DNA of 64,000 nt from Terrimicrobiaceae bacterium (GTDB taxonomy: Bacteria > Verrucomicrobiota > Verrucomicrobiia > Chthoniobacterales > Terrimicrobiaceae). The stretch lies in NCBI GenBank assembly GCA_041752695.1, contig JBGSVZ010000038.1:64001-128000 (forward strand). The letters run 5' to 3'. The translations under genes and the position numbers were made by a program. The notes beneath the pieces were generated by a model. It saw only the letters and a list, made by a program, of their open reading frames with translations, did no database searches and was not told the origin of the DNA. Positions 49,210 to 58,247 of the stretch are shown in pieces; the stretch's first letter is position 1, and each line of letters starts with the position of its first letter.

Positions 49210-50148
49210 ATGGTTTCCGTCGCCACCGACATCGTCGAAGAGATCCTCGGCCTCAAAAAGAAGCGCAATGCCGTTATCCTCGCGCACAACTACCAATCCG
49301 GTCCCATCCAGGATTTGGCGGATTTTGTCGGCGATTCCCTTGGGCTCAGCTACAAGGCCGCCGAAACGGAGGCCGATGTCATCGCGTTTTGTGGCGTCCA
49401 CTTCATGGGCGAAACGGCCAAGATCGTGAACCCCGCAAAAACGGTCATCATTCCCGACATGGACGCCGGTTGCTCGCTCTCCGATTCCTGCCCGCCCGAA
49501 AAGCTCGCCGCCTTTCTCGCCGCGCACCCGGGAAAAAATTATTACGTCGTCGCCTACATCAATTGCAGTGCCGGCGTGAAGGCCCTGGCGGATGTCATTT
49601 GCACCAGCGGCAACGCGATGAAGATTGTCAATTCCGCTCCGCCCGACCGGGAAATTCTTTTTGTTCCCGACCAAAACCTCGGGGCCTGGGTGATGGAAAA
49701 GACCGGTCGAAAGATGGATCTCTGGCAGGGCAATTGTTACGTCCACGTCGAATTCACCCGCGCCAGCATCACGAAAATCCGGGAGGAATATCCTGGAGCA
49801 TTGGTGGTGGCTCATCCGGAATGCACCTACGCCGTCCGCCTCCTGTCCGACGAAGTCTGTTCCACGGAAAAGATGGTCACGTTCTGCAAGGACAGCCCGG
49901 CCGGGGCCTTTATCATCGTCACCGAGAGCGGCATGTTGCATCGGTTGAAAAAAGAAGTGCCGGGCAAAACTTTCATTCCCGGCCCCACCGACCTCTGCGC
50001 CTGCGCCGACTGCCGGTACATGAAAATGAACACTCTGGAAAAGTTGCGCGACTGCCTCGATTTCCTCGAACCGCAGATCCTGATTCCCGAGGACATCCGG
50101 GTGAAAGCTGAGCGCTCCGTGCGCCGGATGCTGGAATTGAGCCGCTGA
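49210..50148 (+). CDS. nadA: Quinolinate synthase
   Basis: ILAHNYQ, GDSL, FCGVHFM, AGCSL, YINCS, PDQNLG, AHPEC and CRYMK. Confidence 0.97.
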   Translation: MVSVATDIVEEILGLKKKRNAVILAHNYQSGPIQDLADFVGDSLGLSYKAAETEADVIAFCGVHFMGETAKIVNPAKTVIIPDMDAGCSLSDSCPPEKLAAFLAAHPGKNYYVVAYINCSAGVKALADVICTSGNAMKIVNSAPPDREILFVPDQNLGAWVMEKTGRKMDLWQGNCYVHVEFTRASITKIREEYPGALVVAHPECTYAVRLLSDEVCSTEKMVTFCKDSPAGAFIIVTESGMLHRLKKEVPGKTFIPGPTDLCACADCRYMKMNTLEKLRDCLDFLEPQILIPEDIRVKAERSVRRMLELSR

Positions 50149-50165
50149 GATCGTAGACCGGAGTC

Positions 50166-50537
50166 TTGAACGCCAAGGTCGCCCCGGCCAGCCGGACTCC
50201 TCGGAAGATTGCTTCTCTGGCGGCTCCTTGGTTTGTCTATCTGCTCAAGTGCTCGAACGGTTGCCTTTATACCGGTATTGCCACCGACGTGCAAAAGCGA
50301 CTGGCGGTTCATAATGCGGGCAAAGGTTCTGCCTACGTTCGTGCGCACCGCCCGGCCACACTGGTCGCGTTTACCCGCTGCGCCGACCGGTCGGCGGCCT
50401 CCGTTTTGGAATATGCCGTAAAGTCTCTGGCCAGATCGCAAAAACTGATCTTGGCCAAATCCTGGAAGGCCGCGCATCGGAACGTCCGAAAACCGAAGTC
50501 GGCGCCATCCCGTCGGAGCGGGGGCCCGAAGGATTGA
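50166..50537 (+). CDS. GIY-YIG nuclease family protein (UPF0213-like)
   Basis: WFVYLLKC..GCLYTGIATDVQKRL..HNAGKG. Confidence 0.9.
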   Translation: MNAKVAPASRTPRKIASLAAPWFVYLLKCSNGCLYTGIATDVQKRLAVHNAGKGSAYVRAHRPATLVAFTRCADRSAASVLEYAVKSLARSQKLILAKSWKAAHRNVRKPKSAPSRRSGGPKD

Positions 50538-50607
50538 ATCTTCTTGCCTCTGATTTCCCTCACGGCCTATATCTTGGCGTCTTGGTCAGCGGCCGATGGC
50601 AGTGTGA

Positions 50608-50648
50608 GGGGGTATAGCTCAGTTGGTAGAGCGTCTCGTTCGCAATGA
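50608..50648 (+). pseudogene. 5' half (nt 1-41) of a tRNA-Ala(CGC); probable attL junction
   Basis: GGGGGTATAGCTCAGTTGGTAGAGCGTCTCGTTCGCAATGA followed by non-tRNA sequence; no T arm or acceptor 3' strand. Confidence 0.92.
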
Positions 50649-50665
50649 ATGTCCCGCCCCGGGAA

Positions 50666-50720
50666 TGTGGACAAAAACTGTGAACCATCGGCTGTCCATA
50701 AAAAGGGTTGTGTCCAAAAA
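50666..50720. repeat. Short repeats resembling integrase arm-type sites
   Basis: TGTGGACAAAAA (50666), TGTCCATAAAAA (50693), TGTCCAAAAA (50711). Confidence 0.55.
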
Positions 50721-50781
50721 TATCCGACACGCCCGCCCTTGACGGCCCGCCTTGGGGCTGTCATTTTGAAATCTCTTTCAA

Positions 50782-50854
50782 GGGGTTATAGCTCAGTTGG
50801 TAGAGCGTCCCGTTCGCAATGGGAAGGTCTGGGGTTCGAATCCCCATAGCTCCA
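50782..50854 (+). tRNA. tRNA-Ala(CGC), complete, CCA not encoded
   Basis: GGGGTTA-TA-GCTC-AGTTGGTA-GAGC-G-TCCCG-TTCGCAA-TGGGA-AGGTC-TGGGG-TTCGAAT-CCCCA-TAGCTCC-A; G3:U70 Ala determinant; TTGACG at 50739 upstream. Confidence 0.95.
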
Positions 50855-51335
50855 CTTTCACCCCCCAAGTCGAGGCGACTGGCAAACGACCGAAACCACG
50901 GAGCAGAGCGGAGCGGTCCCGAGGTCGGCAGTAAACAGGGTGCCTGGGGTTTTCTGTCGAGCCGGGAGAAAGCGAGAGCGGAGCGGAGGGGTTGCGGTTG
51001 GGTGACTGTCGCCAGCCGGCGCCGGGGGATCACGGGAAAACACGGTGTTTGATTTTGGAGGCGGAGAGAGGGACGAACGGGAGACGGAAAAATTGAACAC
51101 GGTGTTTCCGGCAGAGGCTTCATTACGCGCAGCGGAGAGCGTGACCGGGTGCGAGGATACGCACGTCGACACCGAAGGTGCGCGGCTGAAAGCCGTCGAT
51201 TAGGATTCGTCCGGCAGGACCGAGCGTCCATTGGCGCGAAGCAAGGCCCGCGAGAATGGGCAACCTCGCAGCTCGTCGCAGCGGGCCGGGGGCTTCTTCC
51301 TTGACAATTCCCCGTGCCGGTCAAGCATCCCGGCT

Positions 51336-54300
51336 GTGTACAGGTTGAAATTGTTCGTTTTGGCGGTGTTGATGGCTTTCGGGAACTCAACCCTGGAGGC
51401 GCTGGACCTGAACGGCGATGGTGTATCAGACGTTTACCTCCATATCTACCCACCCCAAACAGGTCAGACATTTTTGCTCTCTGAGGACACGGACGGAGAC
51501 AGTTATACCAACGAAAAAGAGGCCGCTTTCGGAACGGATTGGAGAGACAGCAACTCCAAACCCACGGCATCTGTTGTCGAGAATGGGCCGGATCTGGATG
51601 TTTCCTTTTTTGGGGTCTCGGGGGTTTCCTACCAAGTCCTAAATTCGCCGGACCTAGAAATGCAGTGGTCGCCAGTATCTCCGATCCTTGTGGGCGCGGG
51701 ACAAACCATCACCGTCCCAGTGGTCATGGGCGGACTCACCAAAAACTTTTGGAGGTTGGCGACGGGGAGTGACCTTGACGAGGACGGCGACTACCTGACT
51801 GCGTACGAGGAAGGTTTGCTCAATGCCTTGGACAACAACCATGACAGCGATGGTGACGGCAACTCTGACACGCAAGAGTTCCAACAAGGCACTGCGGCAG
51901 ATGACCCGATGTCCTTCTATCTCCCGACCATTGTAAAGACAGCAGGGGACAACCAAGCCGGGGCACCGTCCTCCATTGCCGGGGTTCCATTGACAGTCGA
52001 AGTCACGGACTCCGGAGGCACACCACTTTTTTACGTCCCTATCACCTACTCAACAACCGGCGGCGGTTTCTTGATCACAGATCGCGATACCCCAAACCCC
52101 ACAGAGGAGGTGACAGTCTATTCCGACGAACTCGGACAAGCCGGCTTGTGGTTCAAGTTCCCTCCAACGGAGCCGATTTCGACCCAAGTCACTGCCAAAG
52201 TCCGGGCCGGGACTCAGTTCAATAGCGTTTCATTCGCCACGGCCAGCGTTGCGCCTCCTAGCAACGACATGTTCGCGTTGGCTAGGAATCTAAATGGGGA
52301 AACCCTTCCCTACCAGCAAACAACCGCAGGTTCCACCCTGGAAGCCTCGGAGCCCGTCCACGCTGATACCTTGGAAGGAGCTTCTGTATGGTTCACATGG
52401 ACGGCACCTTCCACCGAGCGCGTAGCTTTTCGAACGGACGGAAGCGACTTCGACACGGTCTTAGCTGTCTACACGGGACCGACCGTAGATAACCTCACAG
52501 AGGTCGCATCTAACGATGACCAAACCGAGATTGATCCCTTGCCATTTGCGAGCAAGGTTGTTTTCCAAGCCGAACAAGGAACCACTTACCGGATAGCGGT
52601 TGCTGGGTTCCGAGGGGCAACGGGAAACCTCACTATCACCACGGAAGGAAGTACCGGGCCTGCGAATGATTTCTTTGCCGATGCGCAAGTCCTGCTTTCA
52701 AACTCGGGGACCGTTACTGTTTCGGCCCTGGGAGCTTCAGTGGAAGCGAACGAACCTCCGCTGAATGGCGAGGTTCATCGCGGGACTCTTTGGTATAAGT
52801 TCCCATCCACAGAGAGAGGGCCTCTCGATATTTCAGCATCGCAACCGTCAGCCGACACTGTCGTTGCCGTGTTCACCGGCTCTTCTGTTGCATCCCTGAC
52901 CCCCGTGGCCGCATCAACCCGCGCCGCTTCTGAGGGCGGCTCTCTCCGCCTCGTAACAGCCGATGACACGGACTACTGGATAGCAGTTGCCAGCCTTTCC
53001 CCGAACGGCGGAGACATTTCCCTCAGCTGGGGGTTTGAGAAGCTGAATGACAACTTCGCAGAGGCCCTCGTAATCACTGGCACCAGTGGGACTATTTCGG
53101 GAACCAACGAGGGGGCGACAACCGAACAAGACGAACCCTACCATTGGTGGTACCCTTACGCCTCGATATGGTACACTTGGGTGGCGCCTTCGACCGGGGT
53201 GTTCACATTCGATACAATTGGCAGCTCGGTAAACACCGTATTGGCGGTCTATGTCGGGACGGAGCTTAACCAACTCCAAATGCAAAACGCGGACGATAAT
53301 AGCGGCCCGGACGGAGCTGCGGTTCTTCAATTCTGGGCAGAACAAGGGACGGAGTATAAAATCGCAATCGACACCTACGAACCCGACCAAGGCGCAACGG
53401 TCTTAAATTGGGCACCGGGTGAGTGGTTCTTTTCTCAACAGTCTACGGCTCAATCGTCGGCTCCGATTTTAACGCCAGAACAACGCACCTTAGAGGGTGC
53501 CCAACAGGACGGAGTGTTGTTTCCGAATAGCGGGAGTTTTTCGGCTCTCAGTGAGACCTGTCCTGACCCAGAAGAACCGAACAAAGGCGAGGTAGTCCAC
53601 TACAACTCCAGTGGCGAAAAAGTTACAAGTAGGACTGTCTATCTGAGTTTACCAAAACCAAAACCGTCCGACCCTACCCCCCAAACATGCCCCCAAGATA
53701 TCGCGATTCAACACAAAATCGTCACGACCAATACCCCTAGAACACGCGACTTGCCTGGGATGCTGAAGATTACCTTGAAGTCCGGGGATGCCTCTGTTGT
53801 CGAGATCAAACGCAACGGCGCCACCTACACGCTAGACACTCAGATTCCGGTTTTGGAGACGGGACACTCTGGTTGCGGCGTCCACGATTGGCATTACGGC
53901 TACGAAAACTTTGAGTTCATCGGAAAGACTAAAGGTGAGGCAGTTTTCGAGGTAGAGTGTGACCCGGATCCAGACGACGGCGGAGATGGCTCGGCAACGA
54001 CAAAACTCACTCTCACGGTCAAGGTGTTTGAGTTGAGCTTTGAGGCTGATCCACTATCACAAATCCCCGTCGCGGCGGGGAGTGAGTGGACTGGCGCTGA
54101 CGGTTATTCGCTACAGGCCAATTCATCCAAACAGAAAATCACGGCGAAAACCGACCCAGCGGACGTTGCCGACTTAATCGAACTCGAAGTCAAGGAATTC
54201 AAAGACCAACCGAACCCCGATTATCAACCGGCAGACCCTGGTTCGGTAGAAAAAACAAGCTCGGGTGTTTTTGAGTATACAGCCTTCAAGGAATCGAAGG

Positions 54301-54863
54301 ATGCGAAGGCCCCCAGAGACAAAAAAGTAGTGGTCGTCGCAAAGATCGACGAATCGGAGTTGTGCGTAAAGCACGAGGTGACCGTGAAGCCGGTATTCAA
54401 TTGGCTAACTACTCTGCACCAGCATGGTCCGGGAGAACAGAGTCACGGTCCTGAAGTCTCAGACTTCGAAACGGCGTGGCGTTTCGCCCGGTGGAAGTAC
54501 GGGATTTCGACAGCTAACCTTTCTTCGATAACCTACACCCAAAACGGTCCAGGTGACGCGCAAGTCTTGTATCAATCGGGGACCGTTGGCGCAAGGCCTT
54601 GCATAATCTACCAATCTGCTTTCGGGACTGAGAATTACTGCGCATCAGTCCTAGGGCACGAAAATGTCCATGGTGGGCAGTCTGTTGGTTATTGGATCCT
54701 CTCTGGGGCTTCGAAACTCTCCGGGGCTTTCAACAAAAAAATCGAATACCCCGCCTATAAGTGGCAGGTAGACAACGCTGCCCGGTGCGGCCTTTCTCCG
54801 GGGGAGGAAGGTCAGGTAACCAACAACATGAACCTCACTAAACAAGGGAAGGACCCATTTTGA
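51336..54863 (+). CDS. Large secreted multidomain protein: DxDGD Ca-binding repeats, Ig-like domain, three PPC-like repeats, C-terminal HExxH domain
   Basis: Signal peptide from the GTG at 51336; DTDGD/DEDGD/DSDGDG; GDNQ...PLTVEVTD; three ND.FA...WY/F.W...DTVLAV(Y/F).G units; SVLGHENVH...IEYPAY. Confidence 0.8.
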   Translation: MYRLKLFVLAVLMAFGNSTLEALDLNGDGVSDVYLHIYPPQTGQTFLLSEDTDGDSYTNEKEAAFGTDWRDSNSKPTASVVENGPDLDVSFFGVSGVSYQVLNSPDLEMQWSPVSPILVGAGQTITVPVVMGGLTKNFWRLATGSDLDEDGDYLTAYEEGLLNALDNNHDSDGDGNSDTQEFQQGTAADDPMSFYLPTIVKTAGDNQAGAPSSIAGVPLTVEVTDSGGTPLFYVPITYSTTGGGFLITDRDTPNPTEEVTVYSDELGQAGLWFKFPPTEPISTQVTAKVRAGTQFNSVSFATASVAPPSNDMFALARNLNGETLPYQQTTAGSTLEASEPVHADTLEGASVWFTWTAPSTERVAFRTDGSDFDTVLAVYTGPTVDNLTEVASNDDQTEIDPLPFASKVVFQAEQGTTYRIAVAGFRGATGNLTITTEGSTGPANDFFADAQVLLSNSGTVTVSALGASVEANEPPLNGEVHRGTLWYKFPSTERGPLDISASQPSADTVVAVFTGSSVASLTPVAASTRAASEGGSLRLVTADDTDYWIAVASLSPNGGDISLSWGFEKLNDNFAEALVITGTSGTISGTNEGATTEQDEPYHWWYPYASIWYTWVAPSTGVFTFDTIGSSVNTVLAVYVGTELNQLQMQNADDNSGPDGAAVLQFWAEQGTEYKIAIDTYEPDQGATVLNWAPGEWFFSQQSTAQSSAPILTPEQRTLEGAQQDGVLFPNSGSFSALSETCPDPEEPNKGEVVHYNSSGEKVTSRTVYLSLPKPKPSDPTPQTCPQDIAIQHKIVTTNTPRTRDLPGMLKITLKSGDASVVEIKRNGATYTLDTQIPVLETGHSGCGVHDWHYGYENFEFIGKTKGEAVFEVECDPDPDDGGDGSATTKLTLTVKVFELSFEADPLSQIPVAAGSEWTGADGYSLQANSSKQKITAKTDPADVADLIELEVKEFKDQPNPDYQPADPGSVEKTSSGVFEYTAFKESKDAKAPRDKKVVVVAKIDESELCVKHEVTVKPVFNWLTTLHQHGPGEQSHGPEVSDFETAWRFARWKYGISTANLSSITYTQNGPGDAQVLYQSGTVGARPCIIYQSAFGTENYCASVLGHENVHGGQSVGYWILSGASKLSGAFNKKIEYPAYKWQVDNAARCGLSPGEEGQVTNNMNLTKQGKDPF

Positions 54864-55801
54864 AAAAAATCATCATTCTCCCGGTAGCCGTTGCCGTCGT
54901 CGCGGGTCTTGCTTTTCTGGCCACCCGCCAAACGTCGGTGGAAAAACCCTCCGGCCCCGATGTCGTCCACTTTGGGAAAATCTCTGCAAATTTCAAGGAT
55001 GCCGAGAGTTCACTTTCGAAGTTATTGAAAGGCTCACCAAGGGACCAAATCCAGGCGCTTTCAGCCCTCCAAGGGCGTCCCTCGCTTGCCTTAGGTTCAC
55101 CAATCCTCGCGCAAATCACACTCCTAGCGGTGAAGGACGAGGATTATTCCAAGTTGGAAAAGCTTGTAGGGGAAATTCGCGCAAGTGATTTTGCGGAGCC
55201 GAAAATGAGCAGCGAGCTTTCAGCATTGAGTGACCGAGCAGAGGCTAGACGGATGGCTCTGGCGATCTCAGTCGCAAATAGCGTCCCAGAGGCGGTGGCA
55301 ACCATGAAAAAGCTCAGCAAGAGTGAAAGCGGATCTGAGCGTTTCGTCGCATCTACAGCCCAGAAATGGTACGACCTCTACGGCACCACAGATTCACCAA
55401 AGCTCCCTCCACAACTGTATATTACGCGAATGATGCCCTTCGATCAGTTTGTCTCAACAGTCCAGCGGGATTTGAATTCCGGGGATCCTAAAAAAAGCGC
55501 CGAGGGCGTGCAGCAAGTCGTTCGGAACATAAATATGCGTCCTCCAACTGGGGAAGCCCGGGAGGTCCTCGTTTCATTGCTAGATATGTTCCTCAAGAAT
55601 TCGAGTGAGAATTCCGAGTCCGAGACAACCAGCATGAAATATGAGGTGATCCGGACGACATCCATCGCCGGAGGGGAGGTCGCGAAACAGCTCCTCATTC
55701 GGGAAAGCAAGAGGACCAATTCCCCCATTGCCGACGATGCTGCCTCGGGATTGGAATTCTTGGAGGCGCAGGAGGAGAAGCGGCCGCCAGCTCAACCATA
55801 A
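54860..55801 (+). CDS. Membrane-anchored, helical-looking hypothetical protein, translationally coupled to the upstream gene
   Basis: TTGA overlap; N-terminal hydrophobic anchor MKKIIILPVAVAVVAGLAFLA. Confidence 0.75.
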   Translation: MKKIIILPVAVAVVAGLAFLATRQTSVEKPSGPDVVHFGKISANFKDAESSLSKLLKGSPRDQIQALSALQGRPSLALGSPILAQITLLAVKDEDYSKLEKLVGEIRASDFAEPKMSSELSALSDRAEARRMALAISVANSVPEAVATMKKLSKSESGSERFVASTAQKWYDLYGTTDSPKLPPQLYITRMMPFDQFVSTVQRDLNSGDPKKSAEGVQQVVRNINMRPPTGEAREVLVSLLDMFLKNSSENSESETTSMKYEVIRTTSIAGGEVAKQLLIRESKRTNSPIADDAASGLEFLEAQEEKRPPAQP

Positions 55802-55824
55802 GCTGGCGACCCTGTAGGCGCTAC

Positions 55825-56406
55825 CTATGTGGTTGCCAGCGCATCGCGGGAGAGGATGCAACCGCGCTCCGCCATAAATCCCAGGCGTTCCCGATCCGTC
55901 GTGAGCTTGGCAAAAGCCTCTGCGTCAGCCTGCTCCAAAGCCTCGCAAAACCGCGTGTGCGCTGCCTCTGCGGCGACAAGACGGTAATGCGCCTCCAACG
56001 CCTCCTCTGCCCCGTCCAAGACCGTGAGCGGGTCCCACAGCTCGACACCGATATGCCCCTCGCCAATCGAGACGGACATGAAATCCCGGGAAAATTGCCC
56101 GGTCAAAGTCTCATCGTCGAAGTGGCAAATGATCTCGCCTTTCCGCTCCCCCCAGGGGTGGAAGTGGATCTCTCCACCCTCAATGACGCGGATAACTCCG
56201 CCGTCTTCCCCGTTCCGTGTGCTGCCTATTTCGCGCATTTGGGGGGCGGGCTGGGCTGCGGGCTCTAGCCAAGCGTCCAGCTCCTTTTGGAGCTTAGTCC
56301 GCTCCTCCGCCTCGGAGGCGTGGTACCCTTTTCTGTCGACGATATAGAGGCGACACCATCTGAGGAGTCGTTCGGCTTCTTGCATTTTTTGGTCGTGTGT
56401 TTTCAT
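55825..56406 (-). CDS. Hypothetical protein of the element replication operon
   Basis: 193-aa ATG ORF with an A-rich leader, co-oriented with the primase genes. Confidence 0.65.
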   Translation of the reverse strand: MKTHDQKMQEAERLLRWCRLYIVDRKGYHASEAEERTKLQKELDAWLEPAAQPAPQMREIGSTRNGEDGGVIRVIEGGEIHFHPWGERKGEIICHFDDETLTGQFSRDFMSVSIGEGHIGVELWDPLTVLDGAEEALEAHYRLVAAEAAHTRFCEALEQADAEAFAKLTTDRERLGFMAERGCILSRDALATT

Positions 56407-56409
56407 GGT

Positions 56410-56508
56410 TTATTTTTGGTTGAGTCTCAAATCTGCGGCCATCAGGCGGCAAAATTCTGTGATGGTTTTCCCGTCATTGGCGGGCTTCTTCTGTTCTGTT
56501 TTTTTCAT
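56410..56508 (-). CDS. Possible 32-aa small protein
   Basis: MKKTEQKKPANDGKTITEFCRLMAADLRLNQK*; A-rich leader; stop 3 bp before the next ATG. Confidence 0.45.
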   Translation of the reverse strand: MKKTEQKKPANDGKTITEFCRLMAADLRLNQK

Positions 56509-56555
56509 GTTCTTTTTCTGTTTTTTCCCGGACGGAATTGCCCGGGGAAATTGTG

Positions 56556-58229
56556 TTATTCAGGCCCGCTGGCTTGGGCGAGTCGAAGACCCCAAAAGCC
56601 TCGGACGCAGTCCTTTTTTCCTTCTTTGAATTTCCTGGCTCGGAGGGCCTTATACAAACGATTCTGTGTCCACGGCTTTTCGTTGCTTGCCTTACACCAC
56701 CGGGTGTGAGCATCCAAAACGGAGTCACGGGAGACCCAAAATTCCTTCCCTTTCCCCAACTCGCAGTGATCTGCGAGGAAGTCGCCCAACTCATCTTCTT
56801 CCAAATTGTAGTCCGCGACGTGTTGTTTGACGGTCTCTTGCACTTTAATTTTCATCCCTTGATTCTTCCAGCGGCGGAGCCCTGCAAGAGCCCAATTGAG
56901 GAACCCAGAGCGCTCCTGATCCGATTTCCAGAACTCGTCCCGGATGGTTCTCTCTTGGTTGTCCTCTGTCGTCTGACCCTTCGCAGAAATGAGCAAAACA
57001 CGCTCCCAAAAGGCCGCGTCGCGGGACCTGATACGTGGGGTGTTATTTCCGTAAATCGTATGGTGCGCGGTCGCCTCGGAGTAAGAGAATTGCTCGTAAT
57101 GACCTCTCCCAGGGCTGTAATCGCCGCCCGTGAGGAGCTTTAGGCGGGCCTCATCAATCCAGGTATTTTCATCGGCCTCCGGCGCAAAAACGAAGCGACA
57201 CCCCTGCATGGCGGCAAGTTCCAAAGTCGGAGGTTTGCCATGTTTATCCACGGTATATAGCTGCATGGTCGCCGCCATCGAGTAGCTGCCTAAGACTTTC
57301 CCCCAACCCTTAATGAGTGTGGTTTTTCCGGTGCCGTTTTCCCCCAAAAGAAAGAGGGCCTTGCGGTCGTGTAACTCGCCGACCAAAGTCGACCCAAGAA
57401 ACTCTTGCAAAGTATCGTGCTGGCCGGAGTCGTAGCGGTGCTCTCCCACGAGGGCCGGGAGGTGCCGGGAAACGGCCGCAGGATCGTAATCCACATCCGC
57501 CCTTCGCGAGATAAGGTCCTCCCGCGAGTAGGGGCGGAATTCCTCCGTCCTGAGATCCAAAACCCCGTTCCGGCACCCCAAAAGCCATCCGTTGGAGTCC
57601 ATTTTTTCTGAGTCCACGGCCACCATGCGGGCGGGGCGGGAGTCCAACCAAACCACAACTTCGCCAAGCTGGGCGATTTTGAGGATTGATTCCATGGATC
57701 TGGCCTTGGCCATGGCGCAAAGATGCGTCATCCAGGCTTTTCGCTCGCCTTCTGCGAACCGCTCGTACGCATGAGCTACGAGGGTCGAGATGGTGCGAAT
57801 GAGGAGCCGCCCAACGGCCTGCGGCGACTCCACCCAACCACCGCCCGTGGGGTCGAATACCATCCATTTACCGCCCCGCTTGGCGCTGACATACCGCAAA
57901 TAATCTCCGAAGTGCGCAAGGAATCGGGTGGCGGCCCCAACCTCTGTGAGGTCGCAATTCCAGAAAATTCTTTGACAAGCCGGCTGTAGGCTTTCGACCC
58001 GAGCCAGCTCCGAGGGGAGGATTTCCTCGGGCTTTTTTTCGAGCGCCCAAGCGACAAGAATCGCCTCATTTTGGGTCGCGGGTTCTTCGATTTCCGTCGC
58101 GGTTGGCGGCGGCAAATGGTCGTCGAGGGTATCGTCCTGTCCGTCGTCATCTTCGTCCTCCTCCCGGAGCCCTTGGGGCGTGGGGTCGGGTACTTCTGTT
58201 TCTTCAAATTCTGCAAAGTCTGTTTCCAT
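56556..58229 (-). CDS. Phage/plasmid P4-family (D5-like) primase-associated SF3 helicase
   Basis: D5_N-like LLGCRNGVLDLRT; Walker A GENGTGKTT; E.DE, LKLLTGGD, GN..P and DAAFWER. Confidence 0.92.
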   Translation of the reverse strand: METDFAEFEETEVPDPTPQGLREEDEDDDGQDDTLDDHLPPPTATEIEEPATQNEAILVAWALEKKPEEILPSELARVESLQPACQRIFWNCDLTEVGAATRFLAHFGDYLRYVSAKRGGKWMVFDPTGGGWVESPQAVGRLLIRTISTLVAHAYERFAEGERKAWMTHLCAMAKARSMESILKIAQLGEVVVWLDSRPARMVAVDSEKMDSNGWLLGCRNGVLDLRTEEFRPYSREDLISRRADVDYDPAAVSRHLPALVGEHRYDSGQHDTLQEFLGSTLVGELHDRKALFLLGENGTGKTTLIKGWGKVLGSYSMAATMQLYTVDKHGKPPTLELAAMQGCRFVFAPEADENTWIDEARLKLLTGGDYSPGRGHYEQFSYSEATAHHTIYGNNTPRIRSRDAAFWERVLLISAKGQTTEDNQERTIRDEFWKSDQERSGFLNWALAGLRRWKNQGMKIKVQETVKQHVADYNLEEDELGDFLADHCELGKGKEFWVSRDSVLDAHTRWCKASNEKPWTQNRLYKALRARKFKEGKKDCVRGFWGLRLAQASGPE

Positions 58230-58247
58230 ATTTTTCTTCTAAAATTG

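Noticed and set aside
5567..49941. Long opposite-strand ORFs (5567..6844, 8443..9405, 16092..17363, 25498..26628, 39906..40961, 43048..44103, 49087..49941 and others)
   Set aside because: They overlap well-supported genes in antisense, which is expected in high-GC DNA.
50166..50537. GIY-YIG gene as part of the mobile element or a homing endonuclease
   Set aside because: It lies outside the junction, follows nadA and matches the small housekeeping UPF0213 type.
50650..50720. TGT-starting sequence with repeats as a Tn7/CAST-type end
   Set aside because: The junction falls one base before the TGT, the repeats are short and irregular, no tns genes are in view, and insertion next to an anticodon loop fits an integrase better.
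50608..50854. Intron-split tRNA or simple tandem duplication
   Set aside because: The downstream copy is complete on its own and differs by compensatory changes; the spacer is too short for a self-splicing intron.
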